DNA of 32,000 nt. Source: Candidatus Scalindua sp. (GTDB lineage Bacteria; Planctomycetota; Brocadiia; Brocadiales; Scalinduaceae). The stretch is from NCBI GenBank assembly GCA_031316235.1, contig JALDRA010000001.1, positions 210,001-242,000 of the forward strand, in the 5' to 3' direction. The position numbers were made by a program, and so were the translations under genes. Under the pieces are notes generated by a model that had not been told where the DNA came from, searched no databases, and saw only the letters and a list, made by a program, of their open reading frames with translations. Positions 15,754 through 25,825 of the stretch are shown here, piece by piece. Numbering within the stretch: position 1 is the first letter of the stretch; each line of letters begins with the position of its first letter.

Positions 15754-16980
15754 TTATTGACCAACTAAATCTGTAAGAAACTCCTCAAGTTTCAAATATT
15801 CTTTGTTTCTATCAAATCTTTCTTCTACTAACTTTCTGGCATTTTTCCCCATCTGTTTGCTTCTTTCCTTATCATTGATAATTATTCTAATTGCATTGAC
15901 TAAGCTATGGACATCTCCTGCCTTATACTGAAGCCCCGCCTGTTTTTCATCCAACAACCCTTGAAGTTCTCCCGGGATTGAGTTGATTACAGGGAGTGAA
16001 GCAGCAAAATAGTCAAAGACCTTATTAGGAAATGTTTGAGGTGCATCGGGCGCATAAGCATTGAGGCCAACTGTACTGAGACCAAGCACATGTACCATGT
16101 CTGAATAACCGAGCATTCCCGTAAATGCTATGTTGTGTATGCCTTCCTCTACAGCTTTCTTTTTAAGCCGAGGATATTCAGGGCCATCTCCAGCTATGAT
16201 GAACTTCACATTAGAGTTCTTCATAAAACAAACGGCGGCATCTAAAATCGTATCTAAATCATAAGTTCTACCGAAAGTCCCGATATACGTAATCCAAACA
16301 TCTTCTATCTCTTTTTTATGAAGAAAATTGTTAGGTGTTATTTTCTGGCTATCAAAAAAACATAAATCTATACCGAGATGCAAGACCTTACCTGGCTTTG
16401 AATTCCTGGAAGCGCTGAGACCTCTCTCAAAATAGTCTTTAGATACGGCCATCAGCGCATCTGCATTTCTATAAATAGAATCTACCTTTTGAAAAAGTCG
16501 CCATAAAACAATCTTGCCTATAGGTTTCAAATACCCTGGCAAAATAAAGAGGTATAAATCGGGCCATAAATCCTGAATGTCTATTACGATCTTTGAGTTA
16601 AACTTTTCTCCAACCCTTAATGCTGCATCAGCAGATTCCAATGGCGGAATACTGGCAAGGATAATATCTGGTCTTTCCTTTGCTTTCAGAGCCTCAGCTT
16701 CAAATCGTCTACCATAGAGGTAATGATTATACAATCTGGCAAAGCCTATATTCTTTTTATAAGCTGGTGTTGGTATCTGTTTTATCGTTAAATTTGCATT
16801 AATTTTCTCTGTCTTGGCTTTGGAAGATCTGTATTGTTTACTCATATGAAAGAAATTGGATGTCCACCAGGTAACCTTGTGTCCTTTTTCAGACAACATG
16901 TTGGCTATAAATGCGTATCGCCCGGGGCGAAAGGATTCACCTGGCAAAGGATCAAAAGGGTTAACAATCCAGATGCGCAT
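15754..16980 (-). CDS. GT4-family glycosyltransferase (WbuB-like)
   Basis: MRIWIVNPFDPLPGESFRPGRYAFIANMLSEKGHKVTWWTSNF is a WbuB-type N-terminus, and a C-terminal GT1/GT4 fold block is present. The start is set at ATG 16980 because the 25 upstream track residues are translated from spacer element copy II. Confidence 0.85.
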   Translation of the reverse strand: MRIWIVNPFDPLPGESFRPGRYAFIANMLSEKGHKVTWWTSNFFHMSKQYRSSKAKTEKINANLTIKQIPTPAYKKNIGFARLYNHYLYGRRFEAEALKAKERPDIILASIPPLESADAALRVGEKFNSKIVIDIQDLWPDLYLFILPGYLKPIGKIVLWRLFQKVDSIYRNADALMAVSKDYFERGLSASRNSKPGKVLHLGIDLCFFDSQKITPNNFLHKKEIEDVWITYIGTFGRTYDLDTILDAAVCFMKNSNVKFIIAGDGPEYPRLKKKAVEEGIHNIAFTGMLGYSDMVHVLGLSTVGLNAYAPDAPQTFPNKVFDYFAASLPVINSIPGELQGLLDEKQAGLQYKAGDVHSLVNAIRIIINDKERSKQMGKNARKLVEERFDRNKEYLKLEEFLTDLVGQ

Positions 16981-17004
16981 AAAAAAGGCTCCGATTAAAT
17001 GTGC

Positions 17005-17175
17005 TATACTAAAACCGATTTGGTTTTCTGGCCTGCCTGTGCGTAAGGAACGCACGTAGACAGGTAAAATCCGAGATAAAATTGAGCGAATAAAGTCCTC
17101 GGCGTTTTTTGTCCGGGGATAACTGCAACCAGGCTTCAGTTTTTGAAAAAACTAAAACCAAATCGGTTTTAGTAT
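17005..17175 (+). repeat. Modular spacer element, copy II (MITE-like, perfect 22-bp TIRs)
   Basis: ATACTAAAACCGATTTGGTTTT (17006-17027) is the exact reverse complement of AAAACCAAATCGGTTTTAGTAT (17154-17175). The internal block 17059-17115 is 54/57 identical to 18107-18163. Confidence 0.9.
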
Positions 17176-17252
17176 GCCATAAGCCCGTATTGTGTTATTA
17201 CAATAAGGCGATAGACTTCAAGATGGCATTTCCACCATTTTTTCAAATTCTT

Positions 17253-17987
17253 TTAAACTCGAACTGCTTGAAAAATGATATGACCACTAAATAAAAGCTT
17301 TATACATTCAAGAGTTTTTGGATCAATATTTTTAATTCTTCCCAATAACTTAATTATACGATTCAAAGGAGAACCTCGAGATGACCATATTATTTTATTC
17401 AATATGTTCGACAAACATTCTGGCAATAAATATGGAAACATACGAGAGCAGATAAGAGAAAAGCAATCAATTCCTGAGCAAATCCTTTCCAATCTAAAAC
17501 CTGCCTCTTCCATCATTCTTTCAAGACCATACGGCGTTATACTTCGGAGCGAATTACTATGGTAAGGTTCTAAGTGTGATGTACTGCCAATAAACTTTCC
17601 GCCGATTTTACAGACTCTTGCTAATTCCTCAAAAACAGTTTGCAAATTTTGAACATGTTCTAAAACCTGGCAACTGAATAGCACATCAAAACTTTGATTA
17701 TTGAAAGGCAGTCTATCACCATCATATACTACTCTATTGCCATAAGCTTGTTTGGTTCTATTAACTTCGGGAGAATGTAGTAAATCAACACCAAACCATT
17801 TGTGATTGCATTTATTTATGGTTTTTAAATATCGGCCGTCGCCGCAGCCAAAATCAAGAACTTTTTGAGCTTCTTGTTTTTTCAATTCTTCAAATGTCCA
17901 ATTTAGTGCACTAGTTTGAATATTGTCTTTACCAACATACACTAAATGATAATACTTTTTTACTATGTCGACATCACTAATACGCAT
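17253..17987 (-). CDS. Class I SAM-dependent methyltransferase
   Basis: Motif I VLDFGCGDGRYL. Post-I/II blocks FDVLFSCQVLEHV and ARVCKIGGKFIGST. Confidence 0.8.
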   Translation of the reverse strand: MRISDVDIVKKYYHLVYVGKDNIQTSALNWTFEELKKQEAQKVLDFGCGDGRYLKTINKCNHKWFGVDLLHSPEVNRTKQAYGNRVVYDGDRLPFNNQSFDVLFSCQVLEHVQNLQTVFEELARVCKIGGKFIGSTSHLEPYHSNSLRSITPYGLERMMEEAGFRLERICSGIDCFSLICSRMFPYLLPECLSNILNKIIWSSRGSPLNRIIKLLGRIKNIDPKTLECIKLLFSGHIIFQAVRV

Positions 17988-18031
17988 ATTGTCAATACTC
18001 CCAATCTACTTTTCTCACTCTTCACTGCTGC

Positions 18032-18282
18032 TATACTCATCTCATAATGGTATACTGGCCTGCCTGTGCGTCGCACCTGTCTGCGTGCATCGCACAGACA
18101 GGCATAGACAGGTAAAATCCGAGATAAAATTGAGCGAGTAAGGTCCTCGGCGATTTTTGTCCGTGGAAAGTCCTCGGCAAGCTTTTGTCCAGGGATACCT
18201 TCACCAGGATTTAGTTTTCAGCCCGCCCAGCCTGTCAGCCGTTCGGACGGGTAAAACCGAAAACCAAATCGGTTTTAGTATA
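18032..18282 (+). repeat. Modular spacer element, copy III (longest)
   Basis: Contains every module seen in copies I and II except the left TIR. It also has an internal tandem duplication (GTCCTCGGCGATTTTTGTCCGTGGA / GTCCTCGGCAAGCTTTTGTCCAGGGA) and a duplicated CTGTGCG...CAGACAGG block. Confidence 0.9.
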
Positions 18283-18294
18283 CTTTATATCATT

Positions 18295-20535
18295 TCACTC
18301 TGGAATCGGTTTAGTAAGATTTGAAATTTTTTCCAGGTGATGCATGATTGTGCTTCTGAATTGGTAAAAATCTTTACTCTCTCTAACAAAGGAATGTGCA
18401 TTGTCTACAACACCTGCGATTTTTAAGAGGCTCATGGCCTCATTAATGGCAATTTCCAGATCTATGGTATCATTACTTTTTTCCGTCCTTTCATTAAGCG
18501 CCTTTATCTTTTCATTCAGCATATAGAGATACTCATAGTCTTCAATCCCATCTCGCAAACATTCCAGCCTTACAGAGCTTAATGGCATACCATCAGGCCC
18601 TGGATAAATAAGCAAGCCTCCGCCTGCGTGCCTCCCAGATGAATAAACTGACCATAACTCAACGGGCCACCTGGTCTTTTTGTAAACGTTATTCAATCCC
18701 TTCTTTTTGAATTGTTCGCTTCTTATTATATGCCACCATGCATTGGCAGACCAATACATAAAACCACTTGCTCCATATTTCCAACCAACCCATGGAATGA
18801 TACGCTGAGATAGACAGGGATAATCAAGGTACATCTGAGGATAAGGAGAGAATGGATTCGCTCCTGCATACATCCAGATGATATCACCGTCTTTTTCGCG
18901 TTTAAGCCAATCATTGTAGTTTATCTCCAGAAACTGAATCTGTGGAATCCAGATGTCGACAAGCCCTGCCAGTTCTGGATGCACTTCTTTTATATCTGTT
19001 GCTAATTTGAGTTCTGGAAATTCCTTTTTAAAGAATCTGTGAGCATCTACCATATTTGTCAATATTTCTTTATACTTTTGCGGTTCATTCCAATGCAACT
19101 CATCAAATCCAAATAAAAAAGCTTTGTCCATTACTCCTTTCTTTTTTATTTTCTTGATGATAGGCTTCAACTCCGCAAGGGACAACTTCTTGTCTTTCTC
19201 TTTAAAATCTTTATCGTTGCCCCAACGCTCTTTATACCCTGCTAAATGGAAAAAGTTGAATTTCTTGTCCCATAGAGGAATAAGTTCCTTAATTTCCTCA
19301 AAATTTCTAATACCCCATATGGATAACGTATTGGCCCTCTTATCTGCCATAAATACCCGAAACTCTTTTACATAATCTGGTGACTTCCTGCCGTATATCT
19401 CATGGGTGGCATCTGGTTGAAGCGGTACAGTAAACTCAAAGTGACTCTTTTCTGGAAGCGCGAAATCAAACACCTTTACTATTAATCTCACAGGGTAATC
19501 GTGGGAATTTGAAGTGCTAATTATAATATCACCTTCATATATACCGGCTCTGACATCCTCAGGTATATATACATCCACCCAGATGGGTTGGAGTTGCCCC
19601 TTCTCTACACTGAAAGAGTTTAGTTTTAAGAGTATATCAGGAATCCACCCCTTGTACAAACTGGGGTGCAGCGAACCATCGCAATATACATAACCCAGTG
19701 GATATGCTTTAACATTATGTCTACTTAACTTGAAATCCTCACCTCTAAGCTTCAGATTCTTTATGTGAACTTTAACCTTTTTAAGGTCTTTCTTAATAGG
19801 AATCAGGACTATCTGGATAGCTTCATGTTCGTTTTTTCCTAACTCTAATTGAGCGATATTAGTAACATTTCCTTCAAGCGGCCTATCCAGCATGACCTTT
19901 TCCAGAGAGCTCACCACGCCTATCCCGTATTCCGGATCATCGATATAGAGTTTCTCTCGAGCAAACTTAAGGCTCTCTTCTTGAAATTGTTCCCAGGACT
20001 TATGGTACTCCACTTCCTTTAGACACACACTATCAATCCATGCCCTCATTCCTTTACGATTGATCAAGGTTATTTTAATATTGGTAGTACTCAGATCACC
20101 TGAATTATAGACCTCCTTTACTTCATGCCAGAAAGGATACGTTATATCGTAACTTACTTTGTCGAATACCGTATGTTTCAAATCCTGCATACTATTGGCT
20201 TTTGCCACAAAACTAAAAATATAATCTGTATGGGGTTTAACGGAAACTGATTGTATTATGTTAACTTCGTCACCCAGATTAAAATTCTCCATCATTAAAC
20301 TCTGTTTACCCTCATAGCCATCCTCTGTATTAGTATACTTGCCATTTTTTCCCACGCTGAAGCGCCATACAGTTGGATTTCCATTACGATCACACTGTTC
20401 AAAACCGGAGTTCTGTAAAAGGTTATCGCTGTAAGCCGCTTTGCTTGAGCAATCAAACAAAATTAAAAAAAACATACTGATCACTACTATTAAACTACTA
20501 TTACCATTCATAATGTACTCTTTTCTAGATTCCAT
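18295..20535 (-). CDS. Secreted DUF4091 / GH123-like protein with an N-terminal carbohydrate-binding-like domain
   Basis: N-terminal hydrophobic signal (IVVISMFFLILFDCSSKAAYS). CBM4/9-like opening NLLQNSGFE...PTVWRF. C-terminal GGGLLIYPGPDGMPLSSVRLECLRDGIEDYEYLYML matches the DUF4091 signature (G.G.L.YPG..GP..SIRLE..RDGIEDYEYL). Confidence 0.7.
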   Translation of the reverse strand: MESRKEYIMNGNSSLIVVISMFFLILFDCSSKAAYSDNLLQNSGFEQCDRNGNPTVWRFSVGKNGKYTNTEDGYEGKQSLMMENFNLGDEVNIIQSVSVKPHTDYIFSFVAKANSMQDLKHTVFDKVSYDITYPFWHEVKEVYNSGDLSTTNIKITLINRKGMRAWIDSVCLKEVEYHKSWEQFQEESLKFAREKLYIDDPEYGIGVVSSLEKVMLDRPLEGNVTNIAQLELGKNEHEAIQIVLIPIKKDLKKVKVHIKNLKLRGEDFKLSRHNVKAYPLGYVYCDGSLHPSLYKGWIPDILLKLNSFSVEKGQLQPIWVDVYIPEDVRAGIYEGDIIISTSNSHDYPVRLIVKVFDFALPEKSHFEFTVPLQPDATHEIYGRKSPDYVKEFRVFMADKRANTLSIWGIRNFEEIKELIPLWDKKFNFFHLAGYKERWGNDKDFKEKDKKLSLAELKPIIKKIKKKGVMDKAFLFGFDELHWNEPQKYKEILTNMVDAHRFFKKEFPELKLATDIKEVHPELAGLVDIWIPQIQFLEINYNDWLKREKDGDIIWMYAGANPFSPYPQMYLDYPCLSQRIIPWVGWKYGASGFMYWSANAWWHIIRSEQFKKKGLNNVYKKTRWPVELWSVYSSGRHAGGGLLIYPGPDGMPLSSVRLECLRDGIEDYEYLYMLNEKIKALNERTEKSNDTIDLEIAINEAMSLLKIAGVVDNAHSFVRESKDFYQFRSTIMHHLEKISNLTKPIPE

Positions 20536-20549
20536 GATAAATCATACCT

Positions 20550-21761
20550 TTATTCAACGCTGGAAATAAGCCGTTCCAGCTTTTTTGCTGTTGTACTCCA
20601 TGCATAATTGTCCTCCACGTATTTCCGACACTTGTTTCTGATATCTTCCAATCTGTCGGAGTGATCCAGAAAATATCGTATCTTCTCTGCCATCGCTGAT
20701 ATGCCTGAATCTTTAAAAAGAAGATTTTTGGACAACCCCTTTAAAATTTCAGCTGATCCGCCTTCAGGACAGCTTATCACAGGCAGCCCGCAGGACAAAG
20801 CCTCAAGGGCAACCAAACCGAATGGTTCTTGCCGCCATGTTGAGATATACAAATCAGCCATTTGATAATAAGATTTCATGTTTTCATGAGGAATATTCCC
20901 TAACAATCTTATCCATTTATTTAATCCCTTTTTTTGTATTCTCTGTTCTAAATCACTTTTTAGAGGACCCTCACCTGCATGGAAAAGGATTACATTTTTT
21001 CTTCCAGTATTTACTAACATTTCTATCGCATCTATTAAGTTTTCCAACCCCATTCCACCATATATCCGTTTTGCAGTAAATAGCACTAATACCTCTTTGG
21101 ATATTTTAAATTCTTCTCTTAGTCGGGTTATTTCATCGTCGTTTGCAGGAAATTGAAATGTATTTACGTCAACACCGCCTGGTATTACCTCAATTCTATC
21201 TTCTTTTTCGCTATGAATGTATACTACCTGGTCCTGCATATATTTACTTAAAGTTACAATTTTTTGGCTTTTTTTCAATGCAAAGCGTTCCACTTGATTC
21301 ATTATAAAAATTATCAGTCTGTCAAAAAGGTTGATGGAAGAATTTTTTAGATTCTTTGATGCCAGATATTCACCAACTGTTGAAGAATGAAGGATATATA
21401 TCTTCTTGACATTTCTACTCATTGAACATGACAAAACACCCAGGGCAGGAAATGGATGATTAAAGATAATGACATCAAAAGAAATAGCTTTATTCAGCTT
21501 AAGAAATAGCTTCCGTGCCCCCCAGATACTATAAAGGGGAAATAGTTTATGAAGAAAAGATCCTATACAGGGCGCTGAGTATCTATGCACATTGATAGTA
21601 TCGATAAGTTCATAAAATTTATCCGATTTCTTTGCCTTTCGAGTAACCGTATGAATGTTATGACCATGATCGGCTAAATGCTTCCCTAAGTGATGTATTA
21701 CAAGCCCAGATCCTCCTACAAAATCTGGGAAACGACCTTCAGCTACTATTAAGATATTCAC
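20550..21761 (-). CDS. GT4-family glycosyltransferase
   Basis: MNILIVAEGRFPDFVGGSGLVIHHL at the N-terminus. E-x7-E region EPFGLVALEALSCGLPVISCPEGGSAE. Confidence 0.85.
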   Translation of the reverse strand: MNILIVAEGRFPDFVGGSGLVIHHLGKHLADHGHNIHTVTRKAKKSDKFYELIDTINVHRYSAPCIGSFLHKLFPLYSIWGARKLFLKLNKAISFDVIIFNHPFPALGVLSCSMSRNVKKIYILHSSTVGEYLASKNLKNSSINLFDRLIIFIMNQVERFALKKSQKIVTLSKYMQDQVVYIHSEKEDRIEVIPGGVDVNTFQFPANDDEITRLREEFKISKEVLVLFTAKRIYGGMGLENLIDAIEMLVNTGRKNVILFHAGEGPLKSDLEQRIQKKGLNKWIRLLGNIPHENMKSYYQMADLYISTWRQEPFGLVALEALSCGLPVISCPEGGSAEILKGLSKNLLFKDSGISAMAEKIRYFLDHSDRLEDIRNKCRKYVEDNYAWSTTAKKLERLISSVE

Positions 21762-21851
21762 TATATTTCCTTATTTAATTTCTCATTTTCTCTGTATAAC
21801 AATCTATATTTACATTCAAATTCGATGAAACCATTGAAGATACTACTCATG

Positions 21852-22982
21852 CTAATTATTTTTTGGAATAAAATTTTTGTCAGCTAAAACCTTAAAAAAC
21901 TGTTCTCCCAGGTTTTGGTCAAAGTTTGCTTTTTTATTTATCAATGCTTTGCTATCCGCACCAAACTGCCTTCTTAGCTCTGCATCTTCATACAGCTTTG
22001 ATATGAACAAGGCAAGTGATTCATCGCTGCCGCTTTTAAAGAGAAAACCATTTATACCGCTTTCTATAAGCTCTTTTGAAGCCCCTTTGTCTGCGCCGAT
22101 TACCGGAAGACCAAAATACATCGCTTCGGCCAGCGCTCTCCCATACCCCTCTCCCCTTGAGGGAGAGACAAAGAGATCCGCTTTCTTTAACCAGATAGAT
22201 AATTCATTCCTTCCCATCCTCCCATGAAAAACTACCTTATCCTCAATTCCCAAATCCGTAATTAAACATTTGATCTTGTTCACATATTCAGGATCACATT
22301 GATAATCTCCTATTATATGCAAACAAAAAGGAATTTTGTTTAATTTTCCAACGGCCTTTATAAGTACATGGAGTTCTTTTAAAGGTTCACAATAGCCAAT
22401 AAAAAGAATATGAAAAAAGGCATCTTTTCCATTTTTTATAGGGGTATCATTAATTGGAGGCATGTCCAACCGGGGATAAATTACTTTAATCTTATTACCA
22501 CTAATACCCAAAGACATAAGTTCTTCTTTGGTTGAATTGCTATTGGCAATAATAATAGCCGCTGATCGAAGCAATACCCTAGAAATAAATCTATCCAGAT
22601 TATTTAAAAAAGCGCTCCTCAGAGAATAGTGATAGATCGCATTAACAAAAATTATTGGCTGACATCTTTTTATATATTTGGCATACAAGGCAAAAAACAG
22701 GAATCTGTGCCTCAGGTATGAATTTATAATAATAATTTCACCTTTCCCAATTTTTCCTAATTTTTTTATTCCCCAAATATTTGATTGAAATTGAGATACC
22801 AATGGCCGGAAATTGATTTTGTTAACTCTTGTTTCAAATATTCCAGATTCCTCAAGATCCCAGATTATAAGGTCTGCATGTTCTCTTAAATAATCAATTA
22901 CCTCATTCATATACTTTACCCCCCCAGTCTTTTCTTCACTGGGGCGAGAACCCAAGTAAAATATCCGTCTTTTGTTATTCAT
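21852..22982 (-). CDS. GT4/GT1-family glycosyltransferase
   Basis: SRGEGYGRALAEAMYFGLPVIGADKGASKELIESGINGFLF is the C-terminal nucleotide-sugar-binding block. Confidence 0.8.
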   Translation of the reverse strand: MNNKRRIFYLGSRPSEEKTGGVKYMNEVIDYLREHADLIIWDLEESGIFETRVNKINFRPLVSQFQSNIWGIKKLGKIGKGEIIIINSYLRHRFLFFALYAKYIKRCQPIIFVNAIYHYSLRSAFLNNLDRFISRVLLRSAAIIIANSNSTKEELMSLGISGNKIKVIYPRLDMPPINDTPIKNGKDAFFHILFIGYCEPLKELHVLIKAVGKLNKIPFCLHIIGDYQCDPEYVNKIKCLITDLGIEDKVVFHGRMGRNELSIWLKKADLFVSPSRGEGYGRALAEAMYFGLPVIGADKGASKELIESGINGFLFKSGSDESLALFISKLYEDAELRRQFGADSKALINKKANFDQNLGEQFFKVLADKNFIPKNN

Positions 22983-22988
22983 TACTCC

Positions 22989-24371
22989 TTACCTTCCGCA
23001 TTTCAATCCTTCGCTTCCTTCCTTCATTTGATATGTCGTGTAAGCAGCCCACATAAAACCAGAGCCAAAAAATAAAAGTTTATTGGACATCAAATCACCG
23101 CTGACCATTGAACCGCCGAACTCGAAGAGAAAAATAAGAGCGCCCCAGACACTGAGAAAATTAGCTTGGTTAATTCTGCGATTATTTTTAAAGATATGAA
23201 AGATAACTTTAAAATTTAAGCATATAAAGAATATAATTAAACCAATGCCCAGGATACCAAGTTCTGACCCCATCTCTAAAAACAGGTTATGAGGATAAAG
23301 TCTGGTATCATGTGAGCAATAGTGATAAGAAAAGCCACCGGTGCCCAGACCAAAAAATGGGTGTGAATAAAATGCAAGTAATGCTGAAGAGAAAAGAGGC
23401 ATTCTCCCTGTGCTATAATCGGTACCTTGCTCTGATTCAGAGAACGAAAATAAATTAAAGCGGTCTTGCGCCTCCTGAGGCATGAATATGAAGGCTGCAC
23501 AGATTATTATTCCCACAATGGCAATAATAACTACCTTTTGAATGAGAGGCCTTTTTAAAAAAAAAGCAAAGTAAAAAAGAAGGGTGAGAAATAGGGAAAA
23601 GGTAGGCCCTCTCGATCCAGTATTAAATATAAGAAATACCAAACAAAAAAGAAATACAAGAATAAATATTTTCATTACTTTCGAACGAGTAATCTCAAAT
23701 AACATAAGCAATGCAAGGAAAGACACCCCCATAGCCCTTGCCAGCCAGATCGGATCAAAACTTCCTATGGTCAAACGGCCCCATTCCTGTGAATCTCCTG
23801 CACTTATTGTATATAAACCCACGAAGGAAAATATTACACCCAAAAAGGCTGCTGTATATATTATTCTCACCAGTCTCTCGTTCTCGCCTGCAAACAAAGA
23901 TGTACTTAACAGGAGCAACAAGCTGTAAAGCATATATGCTTCAACCTTCCACAGACCATAGTTCGGAGAAGGCGTCCACAAAAAACCAATACATAAGATA
24001 GCACCAATACATAACCCAACATAATGCACACCACCTAATTTAATGCCTCTTTTCTCTCTTAATAGAAAAAATACAAGCATGGTGACCAATAGCAAGGCAA
24101 TTGGTAATGCTCTTAATCCAGAAGGCACACCCAAACTATTAAATATTGGTTCAATGAAACCAAGAGAAGTAGCGTAAAAAACTAATCCTATTTCGGGATA
24201 TTTGTAGAGAATAATTAAGGAAAAAGCTAATCCCCCAACTATAATAATCATAAAAGGAGGAAGAAAAGTAACCGCGCTGCCAATCAAGAATCCTGCCACT
24301 ATCAATACCAAGAAAAAAAATAAGGATTTTTGATTAGAATAGAAGCCTTTAACCTGATTAGAACTTATCAT
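22989..24371 (-). CDS. O-antigen polymerase/ligase-family membrane protein (Wzy-like)
   Basis: About 11-12 hydrophobic segments. A central loop after NTGSRGPTFSLFLTLLF is typical of the Wzy_C family. It sits inside the glycosyltransferase block. Confidence 0.7.
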   Translation of the reverse strand: MISSNQVKGFYSNQKSLFFFLVLIVAGFLIGSAVTFLPPFMIIIVGGLAFSLIILYKYPEIGLVFYATSLGFIEPIFNSLGVPSGLRALPIALLLVTMLVFFLLREKRGIKLGGVHYVGLCIGAILCIGFLWTPSPNYGLWKVEAYMLYSLLLLLSTSLFAGENERLVRIIYTAAFLGVIFSFVGLYTISAGDSQEWGRLTIGSFDPIWLARAMGVSFLALLMLFEITRSKVMKIFILVFLFCLVFLIFNTGSRGPTFSLFLTLLFYFAFFLKRPLIQKVVIIAIVGIIICAAFIFMPQEAQDRFNLFSFSESEQGTDYSTGRMPLFSSALLAFYSHPFFGLGTGGFSYHYCSHDTRLYPHNLFLEMGSELGILGIGLIIFFICLNFKVIFHIFKNNRRINQANFLSVWGALIFLFEFGGSMVSGDLMSNKLLFFGSGFMWAAYTTYQMKEGSEGLKCGR

Positions 24372-24534
24372 AGCAACTGCTGTAAACCATTTTTGTATCG
24401 TTCTATCTCCTTCTTTTTTTTAAAAAATAACTATTTGTACAAAATTTTGTTTTCAATTTACTTTTGAAAACCATCCATAACGATTCAAATGAAATTAAAA
24501 TACAATTTCCTAAATATTAAGGTTCTCAATATCT

Positions 24535-25707
24535 TTAATGACCTGCAACTTCCAAAAGTACCTTTTGCCATCTTTCTTCCCAAATCTCTAACACAAAGGC
24601 CTCTTTTGCCGTTTCATAAGCCCTCTTCATAAGGTGTATTCTTAAATCTGCGTTTTTCAAAACTAATTCTAATCCGGCTGTTAATGATGAAACATCCGGC
24701 ATTACTAAAATACCATTATAGCCATTGATGATCATATTAGTAATTCCGCCGACTGCAGCAGCCACCACTACGCAACCCGCTCCCATAGCCTCAGCCACAG
24801 ATAGAGATGTACCTTCAGATGCAACCGATGGGATAACTGCAATATCATGAACTAAATGAATATCTAAAACCTCATGAGGAAGATACTTGGTAAAAGTGAC
24901 TCTCTTCTCCTCAAAAAACTGTTCCTTTAACCATATCTCTTCCGGTCCTTCACCCGCAAAAGTGAAACTTACCTTATCGTAGCGCTGAAGAATCTCTTTG
25001 GCTGTTTCCGCCATAATATGTACTCCACGGTAAGACGTAAATCGTCGGGCAAAAAGTATCCGTACATTATCGGTGGTTCGCCTCCTGACTGTAATCTGTT
25101 CAGGACTTGCAATTGATGACGCAAAATTCGGTATTACCCATATTTTCCCCTTCGTCGCTACACCACTTGTGGTCCTGTACCAATTCAGGAAATTATAATC
25201 AACACATACTCGATTTTGACAATTTTCAAAGTCCCTTGTCGCCGAACGAATAAAAAACCATTTCCCCATCGTAGCGCCCCAACCGGATTCAAATACTTTC
25301 CTGTTGGTCATATATCGAGTCGGGAGATCCCAGGATATCCCATGCTGTATGGCAATACATCTTCGGTTGTCCGTTTTTACGCTGCACCAGTCAGCGCCAA
25401 AAATAATGATGTCTTTCGTTACATTTATTTCCCTCTTTGCTGCCATAAGCAGTTCGAGTTTCTTTGATTTAAACATGAGCGGGGCTAGGAGATGGGACCG
25501 ATTAATGCCAGCGACCGGTACACCAACGATTTCCAAAGCATTGATTGTCCTCCTGAATGGCCTGTTGGCAAATTGAAAGAGGACAGGATTCCATCCCATT
25601 TTTGAACAGAGCGCTCCGAGATGTAAAAGATACGTTTGAATCCCACCAGTACTTTGTTCTTTGCCATCATAATCTAACAATCTTTGGTAAATAATTGCAA
25701 CTTTCAT
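24535..25707 (-). CDS. GT4-family glycosyltransferase
   Basis: SEGTSLSVAEAMGAGCVVVAAAVGGITNMIINGYNGILV block. The track start at 25722 is a TTG, and ATG 25707 (MKVAIIYQRL) is preferred. Confidence 0.8.
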   Translation of the reverse strand: MKVAIIYQRLLDYDGKEQSTGGIQTYLLHLGALCSKMGWNPVLFQFANRPFRRTINALEIVGVPVAGINRSHLLAPLMFKSKKLELLMAAKREINVTKDIIIFGADWCSVKTDNRRCIAIQHGISWDLPTRYMTNRKVFESGWGATMGKWFFIRSATRDFENCQNRVCVDYNFLNWYRTTSGVATKGKIWVIPNFASSIASPEQITVRRRTTDNVRILFARRFTSYRGVHIMAETAKEILQRYDKVSFTFAGEGPEEIWLKEQFFEEKRVTFTKYLPHEVLDIHLVHDIAVIPSVASEGTSLSVAEAMGAGCVVVAAAVGGITNMIINGYNGILVMPDVSSLTAGLELVLKNADLRIHLMKRAYETAKEAFVLEIWEERWQKVLLEVAGH

Positions 25708-25825
25708 TGAGTTTTCAAGCAAAATTATGGTTCGAGTTAATCCCTCTTAGAAAAAGGAGATTGAGGGGGTTGTGTTTTTTTTGGCTATTCCCCATTATAC
25801 ATGAGGACAAGTTTACAACCCCGAG

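Noticed and set aside
16981-17055. N-terminal 25 residues of track ORF 15754..17055 (MRSLRTGRPENQIGFSIAHLIGAFF)
   Set aside because: It overlaps the left TIR of spacer element copy II. The WbuB-type N-terminus MRIWIVNPFDP starts at ATG 16980.
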